NCBI GenBank assembly: GCA_024644385.1
Contig: JAHELB010000003.1
Coordinates: 4,223 to 68,222, forward strand
Length of the DNA stretch: 64,000 nt
Origin: Nitrosopumilaceae archaeon
Lineage (GTDB): Archaea > Thermoproteota > Nitrososphaeria > Nitrososphaerales > Nitrosopumilaceae
Direction: 5' to 3'
Shown: in pieces, positions 63,749-64,000 of the stretch
Layout: each line of letters begins with the position of its first letter
How positions within the stretch are numbered: the first letter of the stretch is position 1
Made by a program: the position numbers and the translations under genes
Notes under the pieces: generated by a model
What the model saw: the letters and a program-made list of their open reading frames with translations, nothing else
Told to the model about the DNA's origin: nothing
The model's database searches: none

Positions 63749-64000
63749 TTATTCAACTACTACCTTTCCTGCCATCCAAGGATGTAAGGTACAAAAATAA
63801 TCAAAAGTACCCTTTTCATCAAAAACAAAGGTGAATTGTTGTTGTGGATCTAAATATCCACTATCAAACAAAGAATTGGGTTCCTCATAAAAACCAGAAG
63901 TTACACTATGAAAGGCCACATCCTCATTTGACCAAATTACTGGTTCCCCTTGTTTTACATAAATGATAGATGGGACATAACATGAATTATCTTCTTCACA
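63749..64000 (-). CDS. Plastocyanin/blue (type 1) copper protein, C-terminal part only (N-terminus lies off the window)
   Basis: The reverse translation ends ...VAFHSVTSG...FDYFCTLHPWMAGKVVVE*. The H...C-x2-H-x2-M ligand set is that of cupredoxins. Confidence 0.8.
   Translation of the reverse strand, partial: CEEDNSCYVPSIIYVKQGEPVIWSNEDVAFHSVTSGFYEEPNSLFDSGYLDPQQQFTFVFDEKGTFDYFCTLHPWMAGKVVVE

Noticed and set aside
1-64000. Search for CRISPR arrays, rRNA genes, IS elements, integrases, prophage genes and tRNA-adjacent integration scars
   Set aside because: I found none. The only tandem repeats are coding (3061-3312 and 36313-36522). Both tRNAs are intact and have no duplicated 3' halves nearby.

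Overview
AT-rich archaeal chromosomal segment. Its gene content points to an ammonia-oxidising thaumarchaeon of the Nitrosopumilaceae type. Supporting markers are TFB, Alba, an archaeal histone, RadA, topoisomerase VI A/B, Nop5-fibrillarin, the L21e-RpoF-DUF655-KsgA-HemK cluster, S30e, S17e, aIF2-beta, RIO kinase, a PEFG-CTERM Kelch protein and a plastocyanin-like protein. Coding density is high on both strands, and most genes are housekeeping: pyrD/pyrK/pyrF, purA, apt, mtnP, uppS, trm1, rlmE and rnhB. There are two tRNAs, Ser-GCU (minus strand) and Cys-GCA (plus strand). I saw no rRNA, CRISPR array, transposase or integrase. Several real-looking genes fall below the 60-aa ORF-track cutoff, namely a C2H2 finger, an Elf1-like zinc ribbon, a DUF5679-like ribbon and a CxxC ribbon. 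Items worth a second look:

- A stand-alone 699-aa ABC-ATPase with a TOPRIM-like C-terminus (OLD/PARIS/AbiL-like), sitting in a small non-housekeeping island. This is my best candidate for an uncharacterised defence-type gene.
- A MoaD/SAMP-like ubiquitin-fold domain ending in an internal Gly-Gly, fused to the KEOPS subunit Cgi121. It lies next to TsaC/Sua5 and a THUMP protein.
- A tandem direct-repeat operator shared by two promoters that flank a B12-binding-domain gene and a DUF1722 gene.
- An accessory-looking cluster at 8.5-14 kb with three Roadblock-like paralogs, two secreted proteins sharing a Cys motif, unusually long non-coding spacers and short direct repeats.
- Decay and irregularities: an RHH gene frameshifted in an A7 run, a histidine-kinase relic, and uppS lacking a canonical start codon.

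All functional calls come from motif recognition by eye, not from database searches.
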